From Octopus sinensis (taxonomy: Eukaryota): a stretch of 64,000 nt of DNA. The notes beneath the pieces are model-generated. The model was not told the origin of the DNA and did no database searches. It saw only the letters and a list, made by a program, of their open reading frames with translations. The stretch spans positions 54,870,001 to 54,934,000 of the forward strand of contig NC_042998.1 of NCBI RefSeq assembly GCF_006345805.1. The letters run 5' to 3'. The position numbers and the translations under genes are program-made. Positions within the stretch are counted from its first letter, which is position 1; every line of letters begins with the position of its first letter. This document shows, in pieces, positions 52,528 through 63,750 of this stretch.

Positions 52528-53291
52528 TTATTCTTTTTTACGACATTTTGAACGATGCGTAAAATTAACTTAAACACTGGCTCTTTTTACTAACTCGGAT
52601 AAATATTTCGCCCAGAAATTACTTTAGCGTTCAGCATTCAATTTATTAGGACTCAAAAGAAGAAATTTCTCTTTGTAAATGTTCATCCATTGATTGTATG
52701 TCATTTTGGAAGCAAAAAAAAAAATTTCCTTGAGCCTAACTTAACTTTAATTCCTATCGATCTTCAGAGAAGCTGGCAAATTCATTTTTAACTATTAAAT
52801 ACTTTCTCTTTCTATCAGTACAAATAATTATTGTGGTTTAATTTAACTTTGATCGGATTCTTTACAAGTTTCTTTATTGAAATACAATGCATTGCATACC
52901 ATGATCCGATAGAGCTTTTCCTTTCTTTTATAATTCTTTCATCTGCCGTTTTCTGTTTTTCAGTTAGCTTCTTTTTTTTCTACATACAAAGCATCCATCA
53001 AATTCTCTGAGTAATTTTGAATAAAATTTGTATCGAGCATTATTCGTCCAAATATTTTGTTCACTTACCTATACGTTAGTTAAGTTCTCATGCATCTAGA
53101 GCCAATGCCAGTTATATATTATCCAGGTACGTTTTAGAATAACAGCTACATCAATGCCAAACAAACTGAATTGTTATCTTCACACTGACGTCTTTAACGT
53201 CTCATTTGAATGTTAAACGTTTAGTGAAGGATGTGTAAATAATTGCGTTTAAGGTTGTTTCGAACATTGAAATGAAAGTTAATGAATTCCA

Positions 53292-53333
<42 letters not shown>

Positions 53334-53345
53334 GACGACGACGAC

Positions 53346-53382
<37 letters not shown>

Positions 53383-53383
<1 letters not shown>

Positions 53384-53940
53384 GCCCTGATGCAGTACCA
53401 GGCAGTGGCTCTCATGGCTTCTGATCTTAACTGATTGGAAGTGTTATCATGTACATTGTTTTGTCTTGGTATAAAAGATGGGCTACAGCAAATATTCTGC
53501 TCAATACCACAGATTTGCTTGTCAGTTGTTTGACCTTAACCAGTTGAGCATGTCCCTTAGTGGCTGACGATATGTGCATCTCTGATCACGAGCAGAAGTA
53601 GTGGGGGAGCATCATGGCCATGTGTTGGGGGGGGGGATTCTTTGGGGTTTGAATAATTCACCTCTGGAAACATGGGTGGTTCTTTCAACATCCTTAAACA
53701 ACCCTTATTCAGAGACCTTTTGAGCGGGATGGGCTACTCAACCTGAAGAAAATTCTAACTGGGCCCCACCTGCAAGGTCATGTGCTGTTTATCTTGATAT
53801 GAGATCACCATGTCGCACACATATGGTTGTGATGCATGTGCCTGGTGTACCTTTATCAGACGGGTAGTCATGATGGGTATATTGGGCTTCGTATATTTTA
53901 CCCCAGTGTCACTTTGATGGCATGCACTGCTCTCTCACTC
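53383..53940 (+). mobile_element. ~560-bp unclassified interspersed repeat embedded in (AAT)n; partial copies at 35121-35463, 54213-54360, 61151-61520 (reverse) and 32220-32350
   Basis: Several highly similar copies; (AAT)n on both sides; no ORF, TIR or tRNA boxes recognised. Confidence 0.75.
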
Positions 53941-53965
53941 AATAATAATAATAATAATGTGATCC

Positions 53966-54141
53966 TTCGGTATAGGCACCGTAAGTACCGTAAGTTACTT
54001 TGTTTACATTTCTGAAGATAACAGAAACCCTTTTCTCCCACCCCTAACCCTAATACAAACCCTAACCCTAACTCCCCATATATATATATAAAAAAAACAC
54101 TTTCTTGAAATGTATCCGGTACTTCCGGTACCTATACCGAA
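53966..54141. mobile_element. Small MITE with 25-bp TIRs and internal CCCTAA repeats
   Basis: ttcggtataggcaccgtaagtaccg / cggtacttccggtacctataccgaa. Confidence 0.7.
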
Positions 54142-54149
54142 ATTACGCC

Positions 54150-54188
<39 letters not shown>

Positions 54189-54380
54189 TATAATAATAAT
54201 GATAATAATAATCTTGATCTGAGATCACCATGTCGCGCACATATGGTTGTGATGCATGTGCCTGGTGTAGCCTTATCAGACGGGTAGTCATGATGGGTAT
54301 ACTGGGCTTCGTATATTTTACCCCAGTGTCACTTTGATGGCATGCACTGCTCTCTAACTCAATAACAACAACAACAACAA

Positions 54381-54422
<42 letters not shown>

Positions 54423-54699
54423 CAACAACAACGACGATGATGATGATGATGATAATAATAATAATAATAAGCGTTTCTACAAGAGGCACAAGCCTAAAAC
54501 TTTGGGGGAGGTGGCTAGTCGATTACATCGACTCCACTACGAACTGGTACTTATTTCATCGACCTCGAAAAGATGAAAGGTAAAGTCGACCTCGGCAGAA
54601 TTTGAACTCAGAACGTAAAGATAGACGAAATGCCGCTAAGCATTTCGTTTGGCATGCTAACGATTCTACCAGCTCGCCTCCTTAACAACAACAATAATG

Positions 54700-54758
<59 letters not shown>

Positions 54759-54859
54759 CTTTTCTCTATTGGCCACAAGAGCCGAACAAAAAATGAAAGG
54801 TAATTGGTACGTTGGGAATGATAAAGAAAGGATCTGATAAATATATTAACCCTGGTAAT

Positions 54860-55390
54860 TCCATTGGAAAAGTGGGTACTAGAGAAAGACAAGACGTGGT
54901 ATGAGCATAAACCGCAGAGACTGGCACATTTGGAGTCTAGCAAAATCCTCTGGGATTTCTCAATCCAAACAGATTAGGTGCTAGAGCAAAACAGACGGGA
55001 CCTAGTGGTGGTGGATAAGGTGCACCATATATGCTATATAGTTGACGTTGCATGCTCCTTTGACCCATGAATAGTCAAGAAGGAAGTCGAAAAGATAGAT
55101 AAATACAACCCTCTTAAGTACAAAATAACCCAGCTATAGAAAATGAAGAGGGTGAAGATAGTGCCAATTATTGATAGGCCCCTTGGGAACAGTATCAGAA
55201 GAAAATAAAGGAAATTGGAATAGAGTGCCCAGTAGAACTATTACAAAAGGTTTGCATCCTTGGCACGACCATAATAATCAGGAAAGTATTAGATAGCTGA
55301 AAAGAACGAATTATATGGTGCCGTAGGTTGATAGTAGTAAATCTGCTACGCATACAAGTCTCCAGGAGCTCCAACAAAACCTATGATAAT
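54860..55390 (+). mobile_element. Second R4/Dong-type LINE 3' fragment (RLE endonuclease)
   Basis: Reads WYEHKP...KILWDFSIQTD*VLEQNRRDLVVVDK...IVDVACSFD...KEVEKIDKY...LLQKVCILGT..IIRKVLDS*, with stops; ends at gataat. Confidence 0.85.
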
Positions 55391-55610
55391 CCTTTCTACT
55401 ACAAGCACAATGCCTGAAATTTGGGGTAGGGGGTAGTCGATTATATCGACCCAGTACTCAACTGGTACTTAATTTATCGACCCCAGAAGGATGAAAGACA
55501 AAGTCAACCTCGGCGGAATTTGAACCCCAGAAAGTAGCGACGGGCGAAATATCGTTAAACATTTCGCCCAGCGTGCTAACGATTCTGCCAGCTCGCCGCC
55601 TTGTTGTTGT

Positions 55611-55648
<38 letters not shown>

Positions 55649-55768
55649 GTGATGGTGAGGGTGATAGTGATGATGATGATGATGATGGTGATGGTGATGG
55701 TGATGGTGATGATGATGATGATGATGATGATGATGGTGATGGTGATGATGATGATGATGATGATGATA
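55611..55768. repeat. (GAT/GGT)n compound microsatellite
   Basis: Direct reading; source of the poly-His, poly-Asp and poly-Met ORFs. Confidence 0.98.
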
Positions 55769-56463
55769 ACTTATTACAAAAAAAAAAGCCATAAATCTTC
55801 TGCTTCGTGGAAGAATAGAACTTAAGAATGAATAAAAACTGTGCGAAACATTTATTATGAATCTACTTTTCTGATTGTATTATATGTTAACTTACTGAAA
55901 CCAAGCGATCCTAAGGGAAAAAAAAACAAACAAACAAAAAAAAAAAGAAAACAAAACAAAAGAAAACCAAGTTCATTGGAATAAATTCATTTTCTGGTGA
56001 GAATCGATTGATAAACGAAAGATAAGAGACGATGGGAGAGTCTAATTTTGCAGACCCAATGGCTGCGCAAAAGAATGCAGTTTATTTCAGTTTCTTTAAT
56101 ATTATTTTAGTTAAATAGATTTATCAAAAAGGTCAATTAAGTAGGATTGGGTACTGAAACGAGTCTAGAGGTGATGGTGGTAGTGGTAATGGTGGTGGTG
56201 GTGTGGTGGTGGTGCAAGAAGTCTCTTTTGTGCGCTGCTGCGCCCCTCCCTTTTCTTCACCAAACGCATCGTTTCCTCTCAGAAACACTGGACTTTTTGA
56301 CTTCTTTCATTATTACAGAGTTAGGTATCCTATTAAGATAATGGAATAATTAATAGTAAAAGAAAATATATAGTTCAAGAGTGGGTGATACAACATACAT
56401 ACATGCATACATACATACATACACACGCACACGCGCGCACACACATTCATACACCCCCCCCCC

Positions 56464-56509
<46 letters not shown>

Positions 56510-56512
56510 TAT

Positions 56513-56705
56513 ATAGGCGCACGAGTGGCTGTGTGGTAAGTAGCTTGCTTACTAACCACATGGTTTCGGGTTCAGTCACACTTCTGCTATAGCCTCGGGC
56601 CGACCAATGCCTTGTGAGTGGATTTGGTAGACGGAAACTGAAAGAAGCCTGTCGTATATATGTATATATGTATATATATGTCGTATATATGTATATATAT
56701 GTATG

Positions 56706-56741
<36 letters not shown>

Positions 56742-56994
56742 ATATTATATATATATATATATATGTATGTGTATATGTTTGTGTGTCTGTGTTTGTCCCC
56801 CTAGCATTGTTTGACAACCGATGCTGGTGTGTTTACGTCCCCGTCATCTAGCGGTTCGGCAAAAGAGACCGATAGAATAAGTACTGGGCTTACAAAGAAT
56901 AAGTCCCGGGGTCGATTTGCTCGACTAAAGGCGGTGCTCCAGCTTGGCCGCAGTCAAATGACTGAAACAAGTAAAAGAGTAAAAGAGTAAAGAG
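56513..56994 (+). mobile_element. SINE family A, young copy with small internal deletion
   Basis: Matches family A; expanded internal (TA)n. Confidence 0.9.
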
Positions 56995-57032
<38 letters not shown>

Positions 57033-57051
57033 AAGAAACAGAGAGACAGAC

Positions 57052-57111
<60 letters not shown>

Positions 57112-57306
57112 CGGCTAGCTAAGCCATTGTCAGCAGTCCGACGATGTATTAGCTAGCCGAAACTTCGAAGTCACTGTCGACAACATTCTTGTATAAAAAT
57201 AATAAATTTGTACTCCACAAATTTATTGAGTAACCTATCAGATTAATGTAAAATTTTTATTGTAACCGAACACAAAAAAAAAAACAAACATTAATATGTA
57301 CATATA

Positions 57307-57753
57307 TGGGATCTTTTCGGTTTGAACGGTAGTTTTTAAAAATAATTTCCACGTAACTAAAAAAATTTAAACTTCGTATACTGGTAGAATGTGTTTATAA
57401 AACATCCTTTTCTCTTGGCTTTAGTGAGAACATTCTGTAGTTTGTAAGATATTTGTTGTTTTTTTTTCTTCAATTTCTGCAATTTCAACCAATCAATGAC
57501 GTCTATTGAGGTGAAAAACATTCTGTGCCGTATGAATATGTCCCTCGTTTAAGAAACAGATTGGGTTTATTTACATTTCTGAAGAAAAAAGATACCCTTC
57601 CTCCACCCCTAACCCTAACCCTAACCCTAACTAACTAACCCTAACCCTAAAAGAGATTGAAATGCAATAGATCGATACCATGGTCATAATTATGGGTGAC
57701 AATTTCATATGACACCGCTAGAAAAAACTGCCGTTCATACTGAAAAGATCCCA
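57307..57753. mobile_element. TA-flanked MITE carrying internal telomeric repeats
   Basis: TIR tgggatcttttcggtttgaacggtagttttt / aaaaactgccgttcatactgaaaagatccca; (CCCTAA)n at 57607-57650. Confidence 0.85.
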
Positions 57754-58111
57754 TATATGTACAAGTATGTATATATTCCATATACATAGCCATATAGTAA
57801 GACATACCCAACTGATGCTATTATTAAGACACTGATTAATGCGGCGATATGGCAGAATCGTTAGCACGCCAGGCAAAATGCTTAGCAGCATTTCATCCGT
57901 CCGTACGTTTTGAGTTCAAATTCCGCCGAGGTCGACTTTGCCTTTCATCCTTTCGGGATCGATGAAATAAGTACCAGTTTGTACTTGGGTTGATGTAATC
58001 GACTAGCCCACACCCCCAAAGTTTCAGGGCTTGTGCTTATGGTAGAAAAGATTATTAAGGTACTGACTGTCGGACTTGTAAACCGATATAGTGTTCGTGA
58101 AAATAATACAA

Positions 58112-59045
58112 AACAAGAGCACCCAAAGAGCGCAAACCTCCGCCAAAGCAACACCAACTTCGTCTCAACGATTAGCCGGAGATGATTTTTAAAATGAGAA
58201 TATCTGAAATAAACTCGACTGCTCTAAAAAATTAAGTAAAAAAAAAACCGGAAAAATAATCCAGAATCCTTATCCGTTTTAAATTAATAGCATGAGACCT
58301 TTTGCTTTTCTCTTAAATTCCGGCCTTCTTTTAGTATTCCTGTTGTTTTAGATCGATGTATAGAATTATATATGTATGTAAGTATACTGTAAAATGTTAA
58401 TATGTAAGTGGAAGCACTCCGTCGGTTACGACGACGAGGGTTCCGGTTGATCCGATCAACGGAACAGCCTGCTCGTGAAATTAACGTATAAGTGGCTGAG
58501 CACTCCACAGACACGTGCACCCTTAACGTAGTTCTCGGAGATATTCAGCGTGACACAGAGAGTGACAAGGCCGACCCTTTGAAATATAGGTACAACAGAA
58601 ACAGGAAGTAAGAGTGAGAGAAAGTTGTGATGAAAGAGTACAGCAGGGATCACCACCATCCCTGCCGGAGCCTCGTGGAGCTTTAGGTGTTTTCGCTCAA
58701 TGAACACTCACAACGCCCGGTCTGGGAATCGAAACCGCAATCCTACGACCGCGAGTCCGCTGCCCTAACCACTGGGCCATTGCGCCTCCACAAATAATAT
58801 GTAAGTATGATATATAAGGCAGATAACCAGAGAAAGATTTGAAAGACTTCATCTGAAGTAAAGTAAATATAACAAAAAATAATCCAGAATCCTTGTCCTA
58901 TACTGATCGACCCCAAAATATAATCAGTTCGTGTCAGTCAGGAGGCTAAACATCCCTAAAAGTTTCATCTGAATTCATCCAGCGGTTCTTGAGATATCTT
59001 GTCCACGAACAAACAAACAAATGCGGCCGTAGCTAAGGCGGAGGT
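58112..59045. mobile_element. Helentron/DINE-like non-autonomous element inserted in the RPL5 pseudogene
   Basis: Starts AACAAGAG. Subterminal inverted motif ACCTCCGCC (58136-58144) / GGCGGAGGT (59037-59045). Near the right end are ttcatccagcggttcttgagatatc and (ACAA)n. It splits RPL5 between codons 8 and 9. Superfamily call is from resemblance to known elements. Confidence 0.65.
58410..58794 (-). mobile_element. tRNA-derived SINE family E (tail X), full length with 12-bp TSD
   Basis: Minus-strand head ggcgcaatggcccagtggttagggcagcggactcgcgg...ggtttcgattccc with A and B boxes. TSD taatatgtaagt at 58398-58409 and 58795-58806. Confidence 0.85.
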
Positions 59046-59504
59046 AATAAAGCCTACTTCAAAAGGTTTCAAGTAAAATTCCGAAGGAGGTGAGAAGGAA
59101 AACTGACTAATTCGAGAGAAAATATTTTGTGGTGCAGGAGAAAAACAAATACAACACATCTAAACATCGAATGATTCTTCACTTCACTAATAAGGATATC
59201 ATTTACCAGATAGCGCATGCCCGTATTGAAGGAGATGTGATTGTGGTTGGGACCTACTCTCATCAATTCCCTAGATATGGCATCAACGTAAAGCTGACCG
59301 ATTATGCTGCTGCGTATTAAACAAGATTTGTTGCCAGAAGAATATTGAAAATGTTTAAACCTTTCTTCGTTCACGTTCAAGTTTTAGCCGAATTTCCCCA
59401 CCCGCAAATGAAGAGCTAAAGAGACTGAACGTGTTATATAGACTGATTTCTTCCTAGTATAAGCCATCGCTGGGTTTCTTGCTTTATGTACTTACAAATG
59501 TCAA

Positions 59505-60325
59505 TGGTTTCAAGTTTTGACACAAGGCCAGCAATTTCGGGGAGGCATTAAGTCGACGACTTAACTCGTCGTACTTATTTCAGTGTCCAAATCGTACTTA
59601 TTTCATCGAGCCCAAAAGGAAGAAAGGCAAAGTCGTCTTCGGCGGAATTGCGACGTAAAACGTAATGACGGACGAAACGCCACAAAGTATTTTTCCCAGT
59701 GTGCTAACGATTCTACCACAAAAGCGATATTTTATTGACTTCAGATTTTGGCACAAGTCCAGCAATCGTGTAGGGAAGAGGTAAGTTGATTACATCGACC
59801 TCAGCATTCGACCGGTACTTATTTTATCAACCCTAGAGGGGATGAAAGACAAAGTTGACTTCGGTGGAATTTACACTCAGAATGGGAAGACGGAAGAAAT
59901 GCTGTTAAGTATTTATTTCTTTATTACTCACAGGGGGCTAAACATAGAGGGAACAAGCAAGGACAGACAAGGGGATTAAGTCGATTACATCGACCCCAGT
60001 GCGTAACTGGTACTTATTTAATCGCCCCCGAGAGGATGAAAGGCAAAGTCAACCTCGGCGGAATTTGAACTCAGAACGTAGCGGCAGACGGAATACCTAT
60101 TTCTTTACTACCTACAAGGGGTTAAACATAGAGAGGACAAACATGGACAGACAAACGGATTAAATCGATTATATCGACCATTAACTGGTACTTAATTTAT
60201 CGACCCCGAAAGGAGGAAAGGCAAAGTCGACCTCGGCGGAATTTGAACTCAGAACGTAACGGTAGACGAAATACGGCTACGCATTTCGCCCGGCCTGCTA
60301 ACGTTTCTGCCAGCTCACCGCCTTA
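59505..60325 (-). mobile_element. Cluster of four SINE family B units, partly head-to-tail
   Basis: The core gatgaaaggcaaagtcgacctcggcggaatttgaactcagaacg (or variant) repeats four times. Confidence 0.88.
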
Positions 60326-60714
60326 AGAAGATATTTTATTGAAACGATATTTTATCGACAAATTTCGAATTTACACAGTGCCTCGATTAAATATTTCGAA
60401 GCTGAGCACAACCGGTTGTTAATATCTTGACAGCTAAAGGAGCTGGTCCTTAAAATTTTGGCAGCTCCTTATAATGTGTGTGTGTGTGGTGTGTGTATGA
60501 ACATGTATATGTATGTTTGACTTAATGGAAGCAGGCAGGAAGTAGTCAGAAGAGCGTGCTTTCGGTAATTATTGAGGCTCTAAACCTACATATCAGAGTT
60601 TATAACTTGAGTGTGTCAACTACTGACCAATTCACTCACCCTAAGTACCTCCAATATAGCTTCCTTTTTGTAAAGGTTTTATTGTTGTTGTTGCTATGAT
60701 TATTATCATTTTTA

Positions 60715-61140
60715 AGGCATCGAGCTGGCAGAATCGTTAGCACGCCAGCCAAAATGCTTAGCAGAATTTCGCCCGTCTTTACATTTTAAGTTCAAATTCC
60801 GCCGAGGTCGACTTTGTTTTGTATCCTTTCGGTGTCGATAAATTAAGTACTAGTTGCGTACTCGAGTCGATCTGATCGACTGGCCTCTTCTCCAAAAATG
60901 TCGAGTCTTGTGCCTAGAGTAGAAAAGAAAAGATTATTAAGTCATCGAGCTGGCAGAATCGTTAGCACGCCGGCCAAAATGCTTCGCAGAATTTCGTCCG
61001 TCTTTACATTTTGAGTTCAAATTCCGCCGAGGTTGACTTTGCCTTTTATCCTTTCGGGGTCGATAAAATAAGTACCATTTAAATACTGGGGTCAATGTAA
61101 TCGACTTACCCCACCCCTAAAATTGCTGGCCTTATATTAT
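60715..61140 (+). mobile_element. Two tandem SINE family B copies
   Basis: gagctggcagaatcgttagcacgcc head at ~60722 and ~60947. Confidence 0.88.
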
Positions 61141-61687
61141 TATTATTATTGCGTAAAAGAGCAGTACACGTCATCAAAGTGATGCTGGGGTAGAAAACTA
61201 TACTAATCCCAATATAGACATCGTGGCTACTCGTCTGATAAGGATACACCAAACATATGCATCACAACAATATGTGCGCAACATGGAAACCTCGTGATAA
61301 ACATCGCATGATCTTGCAGGTGGAGCCCAGTTAGAATTTTTTTTAGGCAGGGTAGCCCATTTCACTTAAAAGATCGCTGAATAAGGTTTAAGGATGATGA
61401 ACGAAACGCCCATGTTTCCAAGGATGAATTATTCAAACCCCAAAGAGTTCCTCTCAAACTTCCTCACTACTCCAGAGATGCTCATATCGTTAGCCACTAA
61501 GGGATATGCTCAACAGGTATTGTTTTAGTGTTCAGCTTCCACATTTTGCTGATTTCTATTTCAAGATCTTTATATTTGCCCAGTTTTTGGTAGGTCTTAT
61601 ATTTGCTCAATTATTATCATTATTATTATTATTATTATTATTATTGTCGTCGTCGTCGTCGTCGTCGTCATCGTCATCATCATCATC

Positions 61688-61729
<42 letters not shown>

Positions 61730-61731
<2 letters not shown>

Positions 61732-62125
61732 GGCGGCGAGCTGGCAGAAACGTTAGCACGCCGGGCGAAATGGGTAGCCGTATTTCGTCTGCCGCTACGT
61801 TCTGGGTTCAAATTCCGCCGAGGTCGACTTCGCCTTTCATCCTTTCGGGGTCAATAAATTAAGTACCAGTTACGCACTGGGGTCAATATAATCGACTTAA
61901 TCCGTTTGTCTGTCCTTGTTCGTCCACTCAGTGTTTAGCCCTTTGTGGGTAGTAAGGAAATAGGTATTGTGTTCTGAGTTCAAATTCTGCCGAGGTCGAC
62001 TTTGCCTTCCATCCTTTCGGGGTCGATAAATTAAGTACCAGTCAAGTACTGGAGTCGATGTGATCGACTATTCCCCTCCCCTCAAAATTCCAGGCATTTT
62101 GCCTATAGTAGAAAGGATTATTATT
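61730..62125 (+). mobile_element. SINE family B dimer (long tail plus short tail)
   Basis: A full head-body-tail unit is followed by a head-truncated unit. Confidence 0.88.
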
Positions 62126-63201
62126 ATTGTTGTTGTTATTTATAATAGTCATAATTATTTTTATATATCTAGTTCCGATCTATAAACACTTAGCTCTACA
62201 AAATTGCTTGTAATTAACCAAACATTTGGTGTATTTGATACTTTCATTCACAGCATGATGGAGTCATTTGGTAAGAATGTCAGGAGGAAGTAATCGAACG
62301 TCAGCTCATCCTGAAAGATATTAATAGATATAATTAAGTCTATTTTACTCGGCGGTAATAACTGTAGCGTATAATTTCGTTTGTTGCTTTTCCAATATTT
62401 CAGTATACAGTTTCCAAGTCACAGTTCTGCGAGTGTAAAATGTCATTGCTGTTTAATACGGGTAAGGCCAGTGAACTTATTCAGTTACTGGATACTAGAG
62501 TTCCAATTTCAGCGTTCACTCCGTATTAAGAGTTCAGATTCTGTTTTTTTTTTGTTTTGTTTTTTTAACTATGGCTGTAATTGTGTACATAGAAAAGTAA
62601 TTTGACATCTTGAAGACACAATATTAATTAAAAAATAGAATGCCATTTCGAGTCTTATCTGTGAAAAATACACTTTCTCACAACTGCTGCATCTTCTTTC
62701 CGTGTAAAACGTAGGCATGGTAGTCTTTCTTGGCGCTGTGTCAATCGTATCAAGCTTTGCCATGGTCTGTACTAGTTTCGATGTATTTGAAATTTGCTCT
62801 TCCTCTTTGATAAAAAAACATTACAGACAAATATAATAGAAAACAAAACAAGAATTAATGGGAAACTTTTAAAAGACTAATTTTGTAAGCTTGCAATATA
62901 TATAGTTGCTAGTATGTTAAACGATCGTATGTCCAAATTTGGCAAAATACGTTTTTTTTTTTTTTTTCAGTATTTATTTTTGCTTGCAATTGCCGGTTCT
63001 TTTGGCCAAACTGTCGTATTTCCAGCTGCTTCAGATGCCAAAATATCAAAGTTGTCAAATTACAGTACAACGGTTTTGCTATGGAATGGTGAAGTTATTT
63101 TTTCGTCTTCTGAAAAAGCAACGTTTTGGAGTTGCAGCACTTTTGCATAATAGCAACGACAGGCTCACCCCCACATATATATATGTACGAAAACAACTTT
63201 T

Positions 63202-63525
63202 TAAGCCTAGTACTTATTCTATCGGTCTCTTTTGCCGAACCACTAAGTTACGGGGACGTAAACACACCAGCATCGGTTGTCAAGCGATGTTGGGGGGGGG
63301 GGGACAAATACAGACACATAAACATACACACACACCACACACACATATATATATATATACATATATACGACGGGCTTCTTTCAGTTTCCGTATAACAAAT
63401 CCACTCACAAGGCTTTGGTCGGTTCGAGGCTATAGCAGAAGACACTTGCCCAAGGTGCCACGCAGTGGGACTGAACCGGGAACCATGTGGTTGGTAAGCA
63501 AGCTACTTACCACACAGCCACTCCT
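63202..63525 (-). mobile_element. SINE family A, 3'-truncated
   Basis: Matches family A head and body; explains most of the 227-aa ORF at 62939. Confidence 0.9.
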
Positions 63526-63555
63526 ACACACATACATGCACACACACACACACAC

Positions 63556-63750
63556 ACGTGGTCTGATCAATAAGTATCTGAACTATTGGCATAGTAACGA
63601 AGCTAAAGCACACAGAGTGTAGCCGCTTGGCACGGATTGACCTTGATCTCTGCTATGCATGCGCACTAAATGATAATATTCTAGCTCACTTCCGCTGTTT
63701 ACAGCAGTGCTTGGAAGAAAGGTGTGTAGCGTGTGATCGTCGTATTGTGT
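63556..63750 (+). mobile_element. Mariner-like left end
   Basis: cgtggtctgatcaataagtatctgaac resembles a mariner TIR; no transposase seen. Confidence 0.5.

Larger units (their letters stand above)
58088..59360 (+). pseudogene. RPL5: Processed ribosomal protein L5 (uL18) pseudogene, N-terminal ~90 codons, interrupted by a transposon
   Basis: 58088-58111 reads (I)(V)FVKIIQ (cf. MGFVKVVK). 59046-59360 reads NKAYFKRFQVKFRRR*E[frameshift][72 protein letters not shown]...ARRILKMFK. Premature stops, a frameshift and no introns. Confidence 0.92.

Noticed and set aside
57607-57650. (CCCTAA)n as a chromosome end or fusion site
   Set aside because: Short and internal to a TIR-bounded MITE.
58720-58790. 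tRNA-like sequences as tRNA genes (also 40786, 44900 and 51040)
   Set aside because: They are SINE heads continuous with repeat bodies and, where checked, flanked by TSDs.
62680-62800. Minus-strand exon candidate (EEEQISNTSKLVQTMAKLDTIDTAPRKTTMPTFYTERRCSS)
   Set aside because: Splice sites are plausible, but there is no recognisable homology or partner exon, and it conflicts with the plus-strand candidate.
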